From NCBI RefSeq assembly GCF_056712565.1, contig NZ_CM160072.1: a stretch of DNA of 64,000 nucleotides, one strand, 5' to 3'. Shown here piece after piece: positions 47,882 to 60,112 of the stretch. Numbering within the stretch: the first letter of the stretch is position 1; each line of letters opens with the position of its first letter. Made by a program: the position numbers and the translations under genes. The notes beneath the pieces were generated by a model. That model saw only the letters and a program-made list of their open reading frames with translations. It had not been told where the DNA came from and ran no database searches.

Positions 47882-50455
47882 TTACTGGACGGCGACGATC
47901 CGGTCTTCATTAACTTCCAGGCGAATAACTTTACCCGGAACCAATTCACCAGACAGTATTTGCTGTGCCAGCGGGTTTTCGATCTGCTGCTGGATAGCAC
48001 GCTTCAGAGGACGTGCACCATAGACCGGATCGTAACCGTTCTCGCTCAGCAGTTTCAGCACCTCGTCAGAAATGTGGATTTCATAACCACGTTCTTCCAG
48101 ACGTTTGTACAGACGTTTCAACTGAATCTGCGCAATCGACGCAATGTGTTGTTCACCCAGCGGATGGAAGACGACGACTTCATCGATACGGTTAATGAAT
48201 TCCGGACGGAAGTTATGGCTTACCACACCGAGCACCAGCTCTTTCATGTGCGCATAATCCAGTTCACCAAAACGTTCCTGAATCAGATCAGAACCGAGGT
48301 TAGAGGTCATAATGACGACCGTATTACGGAAGTCGACCGTTCTCCCCTGCCCGTCAGTCAGACGCCCATCATCCAGTACCTGCAACAGAATGTTGAAGAC
48401 ATCCGGATGCGCTTTTTCCACTTCATCCAGCAGGATGACGGAATACGGACGACGACGCACCGCTTCGGTCAGATAGCCACCTTCTTCATAACCAACATAT
48501 CCCGGAGGCGCACCAACCAGACGAGACACCGAGTGTTTCTCCATAAACTCGGACATATCAATACGGACCATCGCCTCGTCGCTATCAAACATAAAGTTCG
48601 CCAGCGCCTTACAAAGCTCTGTTTTCCCCACACCCGTTGGGCCGAGGAACAGGAATGAACCAATCGGGCGATTTGGATCCGCCAGCCCCGCACGGCTACG
48701 ACGAATAGCGTTAGATACCGCATCAACCGCTTCGTTCTGACCAATAACGCGATGATGCAGTTCTTGCTCCATACGCAGCAGTTTTTCGCGCTCGCTTTCC
48801 ATCATGCGAGAAACCGGAATTCCCGTCCAACGCGCCAGCACTTCAGCAATTTCGGCATCGGTCACTTTATTACGCAACAGACGCATAGTTTTGCCTTCGA
48901 GCTGCGTTGCGGCTTCCAGTTGCTTTTCCAGTTCCGGGATTTTGCCGTATTGCAGTTCAGACATCCGCGCCAGGTCACCCACACGGCGAGCCTGTTCAAT
49001 AGCGATTTTCGCCTGTTCCAGTTCCGCTTTAATGGTCTGCGTACCAGAAAGCGAGGCTTTCTCTGCTTTCCACTCTTCTTCTAACTCGGAGTACTGACGT
49101 TCTTTGTCGCTCAGTTCTTCGTTGAGCATATCCAGGCGTTTTTTACTGGCTTCATCAGACTCTTTCATTAACGCCTGTTGTTCCAGTTTGAGCTGGATGA
49201 TACGACGATCGAGTCGGTCGAGTTCTTCTGGTTTTGAGTCAATCTGCATACGAATGCTGGATGCTGCTTCATCGATCAGGTCGATGGCTTTATCCGGCAG
49301 CTGACGGTCAGCAATGTAGCGATGAGACAACGTCGCCGCTGCAACAATTGCCGGGTCAGTAATTTGCACATGGTGGTGCAGCTCGTAACGTTCTTTCAGG
49401 CCACGCAGAATCGCAATGGTATCTTCAACAGAAGGCTCGGCAACAAACACTTTCTGGAAACGACGTTCCAGCGCAGCATCTTTTTCGATGTACTGGCGAT
49501 ATTCGTCAAGCGTCGTGGCACCTACGCAGTGCAATTCACCACGCGCCAGCGCCGGTTTCAGCATGTTTCCGGCGTCCATTGCGCCATCGGCTTTACCCGC
49601 GCCGACCATGGTATGTAATTCGTCGATAAACAGGATGACGTTGCCTTCCTGTTTGGCAAGATCGTTAAGTACGCCTTTTAAACGTTCTTCAAACTCACCG
49701 CGATATTTCGCCCCAGCCACCAGCGCGCCCATATCCAGCGCCAGTACGCGGCGGCCTTTCAACCCTTCGGGCACTTCGCCGTTGATAATACGCTGCGCCA
49801 GACCTTCAACGATGGCAGTCTTACCGACGCCTGGTTCACCAATCAGTACCGGGTTATTTTTAGTACGACGTTGCAGCACCTGAATGGTACGGCGAATTTC
49901 TTCATCACGACCAATCACCGGATCGAGTTTACCCTGTTCGGCTCGTTCGGTAAGGTCGATGGTATATTTTTTCAAAGCCTGACGTTGGTCTTCAGCACCT
50001 TGATCGTTCACGCTTTCACCTCCACGCATTTGTTCAATCGCTTGAGTAATGTTGGCGGTGGTCGCCCCTGCTGCTTTCAGGATGTCGGCCAGCGTGCCGC
50101 GAGACTCAAGTGCCGCCAGAACGAACAGTTCTGACGAGATAAAGTTATCACCACGTTTTTGCGCCAGCTTGTCGCAAAGATTAAGAACGCGCACCAGATC
50201 CTGTGATGGCTGGACATCACCACCAGTACCTTCAACCTGCGGTAAACGATTTAATGCCTGATTGATATCTGTGCGCAACTGGCCAGCATTTATGCCAGCG
50301 GATGTTAATAAAGGACTAACCGAACCCCCTTCCTGATTCAGCAGGGCGCTCATTAAATGAAGTGGTTCGATGAATTGGTTGTCGTGCCCGAGTGCAAGTG
50401 ATTGGGCATCGGCAAGAGCAAGCTGGAATTTATTAGTAAGACGATCCAGACGCAT
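47882..50455 (-). CDS. clpB: Chaperone/disaggregase ClpB
   Basis: Start at [18 protein letters not shown] (857 aa); two AAA+ modules. Confidence 0.95.
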   Translation of the reverse strand: MRLDRLTNKFQLALADAQSLALGHDNQFIEPLHLMSALLNQEGGSVSPLLTSAGINAGQLRTDINQALNRLPQVEGTGGDVQPSQDLVRVLNLCDKLAQKRGDNFISSELFVLAALESRGTLADILKAAGATTANITQAIEQMRGGESVNDQGAEDQRQALKKYTIDLTERAEQGKLDPVIGRDEEIRRTIQVLQRRTKNNPVLIGEPGVGKTAIVEGLAQRIINGEVPEGLKGRRVLALDMGALVAGAKYRGEFEERLKGVLNDLAKQEGNVILFIDELHTMVGAGKADGAMDAGNMLKPALARGELHCVGATTLDEYRQYIEKDAALERRFQKVFVAEPSVEDTIAILRGLKERYELHHHVQITDPAIVAAATLSHRYIADRQLPDKAIDLIDEAASSIRMQIDSKPEELDRLDRRIIQLKLEQQALMKESDEASKKRLDMLNEELSDKERQYSELEEEWKAEKASLSGTQTIKAELEQAKIAIEQARRVGDLARMSELQYGKIPELEKQLEAATQLEGKTMRLLRNKVTDAEIAEVLARWTGIPVSRMMESEREKLLRMEQELHHRVIGQNEAVDAVSNAIRRSRAGLADPNRPIGSFLFLGPTGVGKTELCKALANFMFDSDEAMVRIDMSEFMEKHSVSRLVGAPPGYVGYEEGGYLTEAVRRRPYSVILLDEVEKAHPDVFNILLQVLDDGRLTDGQGRTVDFRNTVVIMTSNLGSDLIQERFGELDYAHMKELVLGVVSHNFRPEFINRIDEVVVFHPLGEQHIASIAQIQLKRLYKRLEERGYEIHISDEVLKLLSENGYDPVYGARPLKRAIQQQIENPLAQQILSGELVPGKVIRLEVNEDRIVAVQ

Positions 50456-50489
50456 AACTCCTCCCATAACGGATCAAAGTTGCTACTGG

Positions 50490-50525
50490 AGATTAAATGA
50501 GGTCATCCCTCAATTATTCAAGGTT
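50490..50525 (-). promoter_or_regulatory. Sigma-32 heat-shock promoter of clpB (approximate)
   Basis: Minus strand CTTGAAtaattgagggatgacCTCATTTAat resembles the sigma-32 consensus CTTGAAA…CCCCATnT. Confidence 0.5.
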
Positions 50526-50584
50526 ATTGACCAGATTAATGTGAAAAGAAAATCACGCGTACCGGATCGTCTTGATTCTTTAGG

Positions 50585-51316
50585 TTATATCAGCCAAATG
50601 AAACTTGCCATACGACCGGTGGTCTTGTCGCGACGATAAGAGAAGAAAGTCTCATTTTCCGTATATGTACAACGGTCGCCGCCGAAAATTTGTTCAACAC
50701 CAACGCTCGCCAGACGCTGCCGGGCAAGCTGATAAATATCCGCCAGATACTTATCACCATGCTGAATGAAAGCTGTACTCGCTTCGGCGTCTACTGCCAT
50801 AAACGCCTCGCGAACCTCCGCCCCCACTTCAAACGCGCGTGGACCAATTGCCGGCCCTAACCAGGCGAGAATATTTTCTGGATTATCAGCAAAACAGGAA
50901 ACTGTCTCTTCCAGCACGCCTGCGCACAGTCCACGCCAGCCAGCATGAGCGGCGGCGACTTCCGTTCCCGCACGATTGCAAAACAGCACGGGCAGGCAGT
51001 CGGCAGTCATCACAGCGCAAACCGTGCCAGGCGTATTGCTATAAGAGGCATCTGCTCGTTTTGAGGCATAAGGTTCGCCAATAAGCTTAAGCACGTCTTT
51101 GCCGTGTACCTGCTCAAGCCAGACCGGTTTAGAAGGCAAATTGCCCGCAGCAAAAAGTCGCTTGCGATTCTCCTCAACGTGATCCGGGTTATCGCCACAA
51201 TGGGCACCGAGGTTGAGCGAGTCATACGGGGGTAAGCTCACGCCGCCGATACGGGTAGAGCTACAGGCCGCAACACCTTTTGGCAGCGGCCACTGCGGGA
51301 CAATCAGCTTACTCAT
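50585..51316 (-). CDS. yfiH: YfiH-family purine nucleoside phosphorylase / multicopper oxidoreductase
   Basis: 243-aa ORF. Confidence 0.85.
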   Translation of the reverse strand: MSKLIVPQWPLPKGVAACSSTRIGGVSLPPYDSLNLGAHCGDNPDHVEENRKRLFAAGNLPSKPVWLEQVHGKDVLKLIGEPYASKRADASYSNTPGTVCAVMTADCLPVLFCNRAGTEVAAAHAGWRGLCAGVLEETVSCFADNPENILAWLGPAIGPRAFEVGAEVREAFMAVDAEASTAFIQHGDKYLADIYQLARQRLASVGVEQIFGGDRCTYTENETFFSYRRDKTTGRMASFIWLI

Positions 51317-52293
51317 AACCAGTCCACTTCATCCTTATGCTCTTCGAAATCGGCGCGCATCACCTCAATCAGCTCCACCATATCTTGTGGAATAGGCGCA
51401 TGCCATTCCATTTCGATACCGGAGATCGGGTGATAAAGACGCAGCATGGTTGCATGAAGCGACTGGCGGTCAAACTTACGCAGCGTGGAGATAAACGCTT
51501 CCGAAGCACCTTTTGGCGGACGCGGACGGCCACCATAAACCGGATCGCCCACCAGCGGATGAGTGATATGGGCCATATGCACGCGGATCTGGTGCGTACG
51601 TCCAGTTTCCAGACGCAACCGCAGACGCGTGTGCACACGGAAGTGTTCCATGATGCGATAGTGAGTGACCGCCGGTTTACCCATCGGATGCACCGCCATG
51701 TGAGTACGTTTGGTCGGGTGGCGGCTGATTGGTTCATCTACTGTACCGCCAGCGGTCATATGACCAATTGCCACCGCTTCATACTCACGAGTAATTTCAC
51801 GCCGTTGCAAAGATTCGACTAAACGCGTCTGAGCCGGAACGGTTTTTGCCACAACCATCAGGCCGGTGGTGTCTTTATCCAGACGATGGACGATGCCCGC
51901 ACGCGGTACATCGGCAATGGGCGGATAGTAATGAAGCAACGCATTCAGTACCGTACCATCCGGGTTACCCGCGCCAGGATGTACCACCAGGTCGCGTGGT
52001 TTATTAATGACGATGATATCTTCATCTTCATAGACGATATCCAGCGGGATATCCTGCGGTTCAAAACGCGCTTCTTCTTCAATCTCAGCGTTGATGGCCA
52101 TCTGCTCGCCACCCAATACTTTTTCTTTCGGCTTATCACAAACTTTGCCGTTAACCAGCACGCGCTGGTCGAGGATCCATTCTTTTATTCGCGAACGTGA
52201 ATAATCCGGGAACATTTCGGCCAAAGCCTGATCTAAGCGTTGACCGAGTTGGTTTTCGGACACCGTTGCAGTGAGCTGTACTCGTTGTGCCAT
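51313..52293 (-). CDS. rluD: 23S rRNA pseudouridine synthase D
   Basis: 326 aa with S4 domain and HRLDKDTTG catalytic motif. Confidence 0.95.
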   Translation of the reverse strand: MAQRVQLTATVSENQLGQRLDQALAEMFPDYSRSRIKEWILDQRVLVNGKVCDKPKEKVLGGEQMAINAEIEEEARFEPQDIPLDIVYEDEDIIVINKPRDLVVHPGAGNPDGTVLNALLHYYPPIADVPRAGIVHRLDKDTTGLMVVAKTVPAQTRLVESLQRREITREYEAVAIGHMTAGGTVDEPISRHPTKRTHMAVHPMGKPAVTHYRIMEHFRVHTRLRLRLETGRTHQIRVHMAHITHPLVGDPVYGGRPRPPKGASEAFISTLRKFDRQSLHATMLRLYHPISGIEMEWHAPIPQDMVELIEVMRADFEEHKDEVDWL

Positions 52294-52427
52294 ATATACT
52301 GCTTCTTCGTTTATCGTTGGGGTTTTACGGCTTTGCCGTTTAATATAGTGTGCTATTGTAGCTGGTCTTAACCGGGAGCAGGAACAGAGAATCTCCCGTA
52401 TTACATTTTGAGGAAAGTCAAAACGTC

Positions 52428-53165
52428 ATGACGCGCATGAAATATCTGGTGGCAGCCGCCACACTAAGCCTGTTTTTGGCGGGTTGCTCGGGGTCAAAGG
52501 AAGAAGTACCTGATAATCCGCCAAATGAAATTTACGCGACTGCACAACAAAAGCTGCAGGACGGTAACTGGAGACAGGCAATAACGCAACTGGAAGCGTT
52601 AGATAATCGCTATCCGTTTGGTCCGTATTCGCAGCAGGTGCAGCTGGATCTCATCTACGCCTACTATAAAAACGCCGATTTGCCGTTAGCACAGGCTGCC
52701 ATCGATCGTTTTATTCGCCTTAACCCGACCCATCCGAATATCGATTATGTCATGTACATGCGTGGCCTGACCAATATGGCGCTGGATGACAGTGCGCTGC
52801 AAGGGTTCTTTGGCGTTGACCGTAGCGATCGCGATCCTCAACATGCACGAGCTGCGTTTAGTGACTTTTCCAAACTGGTGCGCGGCTATCCGAACAGTCA
52901 GTACACCACCGATGCCACCAAACGTCTGGTATTCCTGAAAGATCGTCTGGCGAAATATGAATACTCCGTTGCCGAGTATTATACAGAACGTGGTGCATGG
53001 GTTGCTGTCGTTAACCGCGTAGAAGGCATGTTGCGCGACTATCCGGATACCCAGGCTACGCGTGATGCGCTGCCGCTGATGGAAAATGCATACCGTCAGA
53101 TGCAGATGAATGCGCAAGCTGAAAAAGTAGCGAAAATCATCGCCGCAAACAGCAGCAATACATAA
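52428..53165 (+). CDS. bamD: Outer-membrane protein assembly factor BamD (TPR lipoprotein)
   Basis: 245 aa with lipobox LAGCSG. Confidence 0.95.
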
Positions 53166-53188
53166 CAGAAACCTGAAACACAAAACGG

Positions 53189-53201
53189 CAGCCTTGAGCT
53201 G
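53189..53201. repeat. IS4 target-site duplication, left copy
   Basis: cagccttgagctg is repeated exactly at 54628..54640 immediately outside the IS4 ends. Confidence 0.8.
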
Positions 53202-54627
53202 TAATGCCGATCAGTTAAGGATCAGTTGACCGATCCAGTGGCTGTGTAAGAATCCGGAAACGCTCACTTGTTTCCGGATTTTTTTATGCACATTGGACAG
53301 GCTCTTGATCTGGTATCCCGTTACGATTCTCTGCGTAACCCACTGACTTCTCTGGGGGATTACCTCGACCCCGAACTCATCTCTCGTTGCCTTGCCGAAT
53401 CAGGTACTGTAACGCTACGCAAGCGCCGTCTTCCCCTCGAAATGATGGTCTGGTGTATTGTTGGCATGGCGCTTGAGCGTAAAGAACCTCTTCACCAGAT
53501 TGTGAATCGCCTGGACATCATGCTGCCGGGCAATCGCCCCTTCGTTGCCCCCAGTGCCGTTATTCAGGCCCGCCAGCGCCTGGGAAGTGAGGCTGTCCGC
53601 CGCGTGTTCACGAAAACAGCGCAGCTCTGGCATAACGCCACGCCGCATCCGCACTGGTGCGGCCTGACCCTGCTGGCCATCGATGGTGTGTTCTGGCGCA
53701 CACCGGATACACCAGAGAACGATGCAGCCTTCCCCCGCCAGACACATGCCGGGAACCCGGCGCTCTACCCGCAGGTCAAAATGGTCTGCCAGATGGAACT
53801 GACCAGCCATCTGCTGACGGCTGCAGCCTTCGGCACGATGAAGAACAGCGAAAATGAGCTTGCTGAGCAACTTATAGAACAAACCGGCGATAACACTCTG
53901 ACGTTAATGGATAAAGGTTATTACTCACTGGGACTGTTAAATGCCTGGAGCCTGGCGGGAGAACACCGCCACTGGATGATACCTCTCAGAAAGGGAGCGC
54001 AATATGAAGAGATCAGAAAACTGGGTAAAGGCGATCATCTGGTGAAGCTGAAAACCAGCCCGCAGGCACGAAAAAAGTGGCCGGGACTGGGAAATGAAGT
54101 GACTGCCCGCCTGCTGACCGTGACGCGCAAAGGAAAAGTCTGCCATCTGCTGACGTCGATGACGGACGCCATGCGCTTCCCCGGAGGAGAAATGGGGGAT
54201 CTGTACAGTCATCGCTGGGAAATCGAACTGGGATACAGGGAGATAAAACAGACGATGCAACGGAGCAGGCTGACGCTGAGAAGTAAAAAGCCGGAGCTTG
54301 TGGAGCAAGAGCTGTGGGGTGTCTTACTGGCTTATAATCTGGTGAGATATCAGATGATTAAAATGGCGGAACATCTGAAAGGTTACTGGCCGAATCAACT
54401 GAGTTTCTCAGAATCATGCGGAATGGTGATGAGAATGCTGATAACATTGCAGGGCGCTTCACCGGGACGTATACCGGAGCTGATGCGCGATCTTGCAAGT
54501 ATGGGACAACTTGTGAAATTACCGACAAGAAGGGAAAGGGCCTTCCCGAGAGTGGTAAAGGAGAGGCCCTGGAAATACCCCACAGCCCCGAAAAAGAGCC
54601 AGTCAGTTGCTTAACTGACTGGCATTA
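53202..54627 (+). mobile_element. IS4 insertion sequence, 1426 bp
   Basis: 18-bp terminal inverted repeats TAATGCCGATCAGTTAAG / CTTAACTGACTGGCATTA (16 of 18 match), 442-aa IS4-type transposase, 13-bp direct repeats. Confidence 0.9.
53286..54614 (+). CDS. insG: IS4 transposase (DDE)
   Basis: Start at [22 protein letters not shown] (442 aa). Confidence 0.9.
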   Translation: MHIGQALDLVSRYDSLRNPLTSLGDYLDPELISRCLAESGTVTLRKRRLPLEMMVWCIVGMALERKEPLHQIVNRLDIMLPGNRPFVAPSAVIQARQRLGSEAVRRVFTKTAQLWHNATPHPHWCGLTLLAIDGVFWRTPDTPENDAAFPRQTHAGNPALYPQVKMVCQMELTSHLLTAAAFGTMKNSENELAEQLIEQTGDNTLTLMDKGYYSLGLLNAWSLAGEHRHWMIPLRKGAQYEEIRKLGKGDHLVKLKTSPQARKKWPGLGNEVTARLLTVTRKGKVCHLLTSMTDAMRFPGGEMGDLYSHRWEIELGYREIKQTMQRSRLTLRSKKPELVEQELWGVLLAYNLVRYQMIKMAEHLKGYWPNQLSFSESCGMVMRMLITLQGASPGRIPELMRDLASMGQLVKLPTRRERAFPRVVKERPWKYPTAPKKSQSVA

Positions 54628-54640
54628 CAGCCTTGAGCTG
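54628..54640. repeat. IS4 target-site duplication, right copy
   Basis: cagccttgagctg. Confidence 0.8.
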
Positions 54641-54819
54641 CCGTTTTTTTATTCTGTTAGTTGTGAAACTGAAGCGATTTAGTCACTATCGATCTCATCA
54701 AATATGGCTCGCTTTGAGATATTCCTCAAGTAAAAAAACACCTCTTCCTGCGATTTCTCACAAAAAAGATTCGTTGACAAAAAGTGACAAAATTATGAGA
54801 TTTCCATCACACATTTTGA

Positions 54820-55215
<396 letters not shown>

Positions 55216-55238
55216 TCCTTTATATTGAGTGTATCGCC

Positions 55239-55264
55239 AACGCGCCTTCGGGCGCGTTTTTTGT
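55239..55264 (+). terminator. raiA terminator
   Basis: aacgcgcc-ttcg-ggcgcgtt followed by tttttt. Confidence 0.6.
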
Positions 55265-55318
55265 TGACAGCGTGAAAACAGTACGGGTACTGTACTAAAG
55301 TCACTTAAGGAAACAAAC

Positions 55319-55366
55319 ATGAAACACACACCGTTTTTCTTCGCATTCTTTTTTACCTTCCCCTGA
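55319..55366 (+). CDS. pheL: pheA leader peptide (Phe-rich attenuation peptide)
   Basis: atg…tga encodes MKHTPFFFAFFFTFP*, seven Phe in 15 aa. Confidence 0.85.
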   Translation: MKHTPFFFAFFFTFP

Positions 55367-55414
55367 ATGGGAGGCGTTTCGTCGTGTGAAACAGAATGCG
55401 AAGACGAACAATAA

Positions 55415-55444
55415 GGCCTCCCAAATCGGGGGGCCTTTTTTATT
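55415..55444 (+). terminator. pheA attenuator terminator
   Basis: aggcctccc-aaatc-ggggggcct followed by ttttttt, between pheL and pheA. Confidence 0.7.
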
Positions 55445-55464
55445 GATAACAAAAAGGCAACACT

Positions 55465-56625
55465 ATGACATCGGAAAACCCGTTACTGGCGCTGCGAGAG
55501 AAAATCAGCGCGCTGGATGAAAAATTATTAGCATTACTGGCAGAGCGACGCGAACTGGCCGTCGAGGTGGGAAAAGCCAAACTGCTCTCGCATCGCCCGG
55601 TACGTGATATTGATCGTGAACGCGATTTGCTGGAAAGATTAATTACGCTCGGTAAAGCGCACCATCTGGACGCCCATTACATTACTCGCCTGTTCCAGCT
55701 CATCATTGAAGATTCCGTATTAACTCAGCAGGCTTTGCTCCAGCAACATCTCAATAAAATTAATCCGCACTCAGCACGCATCGCTTTTCTCGGCCCCAAA
55801 GGTTCTTATTCCCATCTTGCGGCGCGCCAGTATGCTGCCCGTCACTTTGAGCAATTCATTGAAAGTGGCTGCGCCAAATTTGCCGATATTTTTAATCAGG
55901 TGGAAACCGGCCAGGCCGACTATGCCGTCGTACCGATTGAAAATACCAGCTCCGGTGCCATAAACGACGTTTACGATCTGCTGCAACATACCAGTTTGTC
56001 GATTGTTGGCGAGATGACGTTAACTATCGATCATTGTTTGTTGGTCTCCGGCACTACTGATTTATCCGCCATCAATACGGTCTACAGCCATCCGCAGCCA
56101 TTCCAGCAATGCAGCAAATTCCTTAATCGTTATCCGCACTGGAAGATTGAATATACCGAAAGTACGTCTGCGGCAATGGAAAAGGTTGCACAGGCAAAAT
56201 CACCGCATGTTGCTGCGTTGGGAAGCGAAGCTGGCGGCACTTTGTACGGTTTGCAGGTACTGGAGCGTATTGAAGCGAATCAGCGACAAAACTTCACCCG
56301 ATTTGTGGTGTTGGCACGTAAAGCCATTAACGTTTCTGACCAGGTTCCGGCGAAAACGACGTTGTTAATGGCGACCGGACAACAAGCTGGTGCACTGGTT
56401 GAAGCGTTGCTGGTACTGCGCAATCACAGTCTGATTATGACCCGTCTGGAATCACGTCCGATTCACGGTAATCCGTGGGAAGAGATGTTTTATCTGGATA
56501 TTCAGGCCAATCTTGAATCAGCGGAAATGCAAAAAGCATTGAAAGAGTTAGGGGAAATCACCCGTTCGATGAAGGTATTGGGCTGTTACCCAAGTGAGAA
56601 CGTAGTGCCTGTTGATCCAACCTGA
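55465..56625 (+). CDS. pheA: Chorismate mutase / prephenate dehydratase
   Basis: 386 aa. Confidence 0.95.
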   Translation: MTSENPLLALREKISALDEKLLALLAERRELAVEVGKAKLLSHRPVRDIDRERDLLERLITLGKAHHLDAHYITRLFQLIIEDSVLTQQALLQQHLNKINPHSARIAFLGPKGSYSHLAARQYAARHFEQFIESGCAKFADIFNQVETGQADYAVVPIENTSSGAINDVYDLLQHTSLSIVGEMTLTIDHCLLVSGTTDLSAINTVYSHPQPFQQCSKFLNRYPHWKIEYTESTSAAMEKVAQAKSPHVAALGSEAGGTLYGLQVLERIEANQRQNFTRFVVLARKAINVSDQVPAKTTLLMATGQQAGALVEALLVLRNHSLIMTRLESRPIHGNPWEEMFYLDIQANLESAEMQKALKELGEITRSMKVLGCYPSENVVPVDPT

Positions 56626-56667
56626 TGAAAAAGTGCCGGATGATGTGAATCATCCGGCACTGGATTA

Positions 56668-57789
56668 TTACTGGCGATTGTCATTCGCCTGACGCAATAA
56701 CACGCGGCTTTCACTCTGAAAACGCTGTGCGTAATCGCCGAACCAGTGCTCCACCTTGCGGAAACTGTCAATAAACGCCTGCTTATCGCCCTGCTCCAGC
56801 AGCTCAATCGCCTCGCCGAAACGCTTATAGTAACGTTTGATTAACGCCAGATTACGCTCTGACGACATAATAATGTCGGCATAAAGCTGCGGATCCTGAG
56901 CAAACAGTCGCCCGACCATCGCCAGCTCAAGGCGGTAAATCGGCGAAGAGAGCGCCAGTAGTTGCTCAAGCTGAACATTTTCTTCTGCCAGGTGCAGCCC
57001 ATAAGCAAAAGTAGCAAAGTGGCGCAGAGCCTGAATAAACGCCATATTCTGATCGTGCTCGACAGCGCTAATACGATGCAACCGAGCGCCCCAGACCTGA
57101 ATTTGCTCCAGAAACCATTGGTATGCTTCCGGCTTACGTCCATCACACCAGACCACAACTTGCTTTGCCAGGCTACCGCTGTCCGGGCCGAACATCGGGT
57201 GTAACCCCAGCACCGGGCCATCGTGCGCCGCCAGCATGGCCTGTAATGGTCCATTTTTCACCGATGCCAGATCAACCAGAATACAATCTTTCGGTAAAGG
57301 CGGTAATTTGCCGATAACTTGCTCAGTAACGTGGATGGGCACACTAACAATCACCATTCCGGCATCGGAAACAATATCAGCCGCTCGATCCCAGTCATGT
57401 TGCTCCAGAATCCGCACCTGATAACCCGAGAGTGTCAGCATCTTCTCGAACAGACGTCCCATCTGACCGCCACCACCGACGATAACCACCGGGCGCAGTG
57501 ACGGACAAAGCGTTTTAAATCCTTTGTCGTTTTCACTGGAGTAAGATTCACGCATCACCCGACGCAAAACATCCTCAATCAGATCTGGCGGTACACCCAG
57601 AGCTTCCGCCTCTGCACGACGCGAGGCCAACATAGATGCCTCGCGCTCCGGAACATAAATAGGCAGTCCAAAGCGGCTTTTCACCTCGCCCACTTCAGCA
57701 ACCAGTTCCAGACGCTTCGCTAATAAATTCAGCAGCGCTTTATCGACTTCATCAATTTGATCGCGTAATGCGGTCAATTCAGCAACCAT
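56668..57789 (-). CDS. tyrA: Chorismate mutase / prephenate dehydrogenase
   Basis: 373 aa. Confidence 0.95.
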   Translation of the reverse strand: MVAELTALRDQIDEVDKALLNLLAKRLELVAEVGEVKSRFGLPIYVPEREASMLASRRAEAEALGVPPDLIEDVLRRVMRESYSSENDKGFKTLCPSLRPVVIVGGGGQMGRLFEKMLTLSGYQVRILEQHDWDRAADIVSDAGMVIVSVPIHVTEQVIGKLPPLPKDCILVDLASVKNGPLQAMLAAHDGPVLGLHPMFGPDSGSLAKQVVVWCDGRKPEAYQWFLEQIQVWGARLHRISAVEHDQNMAFIQALRHFATFAYGLHLAEENVQLEQLLALSSPIYRLELAMVGRLFAQDPQLYADIIMSSERNLALIKRYYKRFGEAIELLEQGDKQAFIDSFRKVEHWFGDYAQRFQSESRVLLRQANDNRQ

Positions 57790-57799
57790 AATAAACCTC

Positions 57800-58870
57800 T
57801 TAAGCCACGCGAGCCGTCAGCTGCCCGTTCAGATCCTGATGAATTTCACGCAGCAAGGCATCGGTCATTTCCCAGCTAATGCAGGCATCGGTTACGGATA
57901 CACCGTATTTCATTTCACTGCGCGGTTGCTCGGAAGACTGATTGCCCTCGTGGATATTACTTTCGATCATCAGACCAATAATTGAGCGATTGCCATCTTT
58001 GATTTGAGCAACCACGGATTCTGCCACCGCAGGCTGACGGCGATAATCTTTATTGGAATTACCGTGGCTGCAATCTACCATCAGAGACGGGCGCAGTCCC
58101 GCCTGTTCCATCTCTTTTTCACATTGCGCAACATCCGCAGGGCTATAGTTTGGCGCTTTACCACCGCGCAGGATCACATGCCCGTCCGGATTCCCCTGAG
58201 TTTGTAGCAACGCAACCTGCCCTGCCTGGTTAATGCCAACAAAACGGTGCGGCTGGGCGGCGGCACGCATAGCGTTAATTGCCGTTGCCAGACTGCCATC
58301 GGTGCCGTTTTTAAAACCAACCGGCATGGAAAGCCCGGAGGCCATTTCACGGTGAGTTTGCGATTCCGTTGTACGAGCACCAATTGCTGACCAGCTAAAC
58401 AGATCGCCCAGGTATTGCGGGCTATTCGGATCTAACGCTTCCGTCGCCAGTGGCAGTCCCATATTCACCAGCTCAAGCAGCAATTTACGCGCGATCTGCA
58501 GCCCGGCTTCTACATCAAAAGAGCCATCCATATGGGGATCGTTAATTAACCCTTTCCAGCCGACAGTGGTACGGGGTTTTTCAAAATAGACGCGCATTAC
58601 CAGATAGAGGCTATCGCTGACCTCTGCGGCAAGGGCTTTAAATCGACGAGCATATTCCAGAGCAGTTTCCGGATCATGAATGGAACAAGGACCACATACT
58701 ACCAGCAGACGAGGATCGCGCCCGGCGATAATATCTGAAATGGTTTTACGCGAGTCAGCAATCTGGGCTTCTTGTTGCAGGCTTAATGGAAAAGCGGCCT
58801 TCAGTTGTTCCGGAGTCATTAAAACCTGTTCGGCGGTAATATGTACGTTATTCAGCGCGTCTTTCTGCAT
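57800..58870 (-). CDS. aroF: Tyrosine-sensitive DAHP synthase
   Basis: Start at [15 protein letters not shown] (356 aa). Confidence 0.95.
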   Translation of the reverse strand: MQKDALNNVHITAEQVLMTPEQLKAAFPLSLQQEAQIADSRKTISDIIAGRDPRLLVVCGPCSIHDPETALEYARRFKALAAEVSDSLYLVMRVYFEKPRTTVGWKGLINDPHMDGSFDVEAGLQIARKLLLELVNMGLPLATEALDPNSPQYLGDLFSWSAIGARTTESQTHREMASGLSMPVGFKNGTDGSLATAINAMRAAAQPHRFVGINQAGQVALLQTQGNPDGHVILRGGKAPNYSPADVAQCEKEMEQAGLRPSLMVDCSHGNSNKDYRRQPAVAESVVAQIKDGNRSIIGLMIESNIHEGNQSSEQPRSEMKYGVSVTDACISWEMTDALLREIHQDLNGQLTARVA

Positions 58871-59016
58871 GATGGCGATCCTGTTTATGCTCGTTTGCGA
58901 TAGTTGATCCTCAGCGAGGATGACGTAACGATAACACATAAAGTAAAGTTTTCAATCCATATTTCGTACACATTTCTTTACATAAGCAATTTATTCGCGC
59001 TTTTTCCCCTTATTTC

Positions 59017-59034
59017 TGTATAAATAAATTTACA
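59017..59034. promoter_or_regulatory. TyrR box (TGTAAA-N6-TTTACA-like) in the aroF upstream region
   Basis: tgtataaataaatttaca; a second, weaker box lies near 58955-58975. Confidence 0.5.
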
Positions 59035-59079
59035 CCAGCTTTAAAAACAATCCGCTATGCTTTGAAAAAGGAGAAAGAA

Positions 59080-59445
59080 ATGATGAAAAAATTTATCGCC
59101 CCCTTGTTGGCTTTACTGGTTAGCGGATGTCAGATTGATCCTTATACTCACGCGCCAACCTTGACCAGCACCGACTGGTATGATGTTGGTATGGAAGATG
59201 CGATATCGGGCAGCGCCATTAAAGATGACGATGCATTTAGCGATTCACAGGCGGATCGCGGTCTATACCTTAAAGGATATGCCGAAGGGCAAAAGAAAAC
59301 TTGCCAGACCGATTTTACTTATGCCCGGGGACTTTCTGGTAAAAGCTTTCCTGCCAGCTGCAATAATGTTGAAAATGCCAGCCAACTGCATGAAGTATGG
59401 CGAAAAGGGGCTGATGAAAATGCCAGCACAATACGATTAAATTAA
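59080..59445 (+). CDS. yfiL: Lipoprotein YfiL
   Basis: Start at MMKKFIAPLLALLVSGCQ with lipobox (121 aa). Confidence 0.8.
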   Translation: MMKKFIAPLLALLVSGCQIDPYTHAPTLTSTDWYDVGMEDAISGSAIKDDDAFSDSQADRGLYLKGYAEGQKKTCQTDFTYARGLSGKSFPASCNNVENASQLHEVWRKGADENASTIRLN

Positions 59446-59593
59446 TTACCCCCCCAAAATCAATTAAGCATGAGATTTTACTCATTATGTTTTATTTTTC
59501 ACATTGATGACGACCGCATGAAAGGATGATATTTTAATGAGCATTCTGAAAAAATATCGATGCATTTCGAGCGAAGATGGTGAGGATCCCTGA

Positions 59594-60112
59594 ATGCGTT
59601 TTTCTCACCGACTGTTCTTACTGCTGATTCTCCTGCTGACGGGAGCACCAATACTCGCTCAGGAACCTTCTGACGTTGCGAAAAACGTGCGTATGATGGT
59701 TTCCGGTATTGTCAGTTACACCCGCTGGCCTGGGCTATCAGGGCCACCAAAGTTATGTATCTTTTCATCTTCACGTTTTAGTACCGCCTTACAAGAAAAT
59801 GCTGCTACATCTTTGCCTTATCTGCCTGTCATCATTCATACTCAACAAGAGGCGATAATTTCAGGCTGCAATGGTTTTTATTTTGGCAACGAGTCACCGA
59901 CATTCCAGATGGAATTAACCGAACAATATCCGTCAAAGGCGTTATTATTAATTGCCGAACAAAATACCGAGTGCATTATTGGTAGCGCCTTTTGTCTGAT
60001 CATCCACAATAATGACGTCAGATTTGCCGTAAACCTGGATGCTTTATCTCGTAGCGGTGTAAAAGTCAACCCGGATGTCTTAATGCTCGCACGGAAGAAA
60101 AATGATGGATAA
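59594..60112 (+). CDS. yfiR: Periplasmic repressor YfiR of the YfiN diguanylate cyclase
   Basis: 172 aa with signal peptide; conserved yfiRNB operon. Confidence 0.85.
   Translation: MRFSHRLFLLLILLLTGAPILAQEPSDVAKNVRMMVSGIVSYTRWPGLSGPPKLCIFSSSRFSTALQENAATSLPYLPVIIHTQQEAIISGCNGFYFGNESPTFQMELTEQYPSKALLLIAEQNTECIIGSAFCLIIHNNDVRFAVNLDALSRSGVKVNPDVLMLARKKNDG

Noticed and set aside
48752-50134. Cluster of plus-strand ORFs of 87–155 aa
   Set aside because: Antisense to clpB; Ser/Arg-rich shadow frames.
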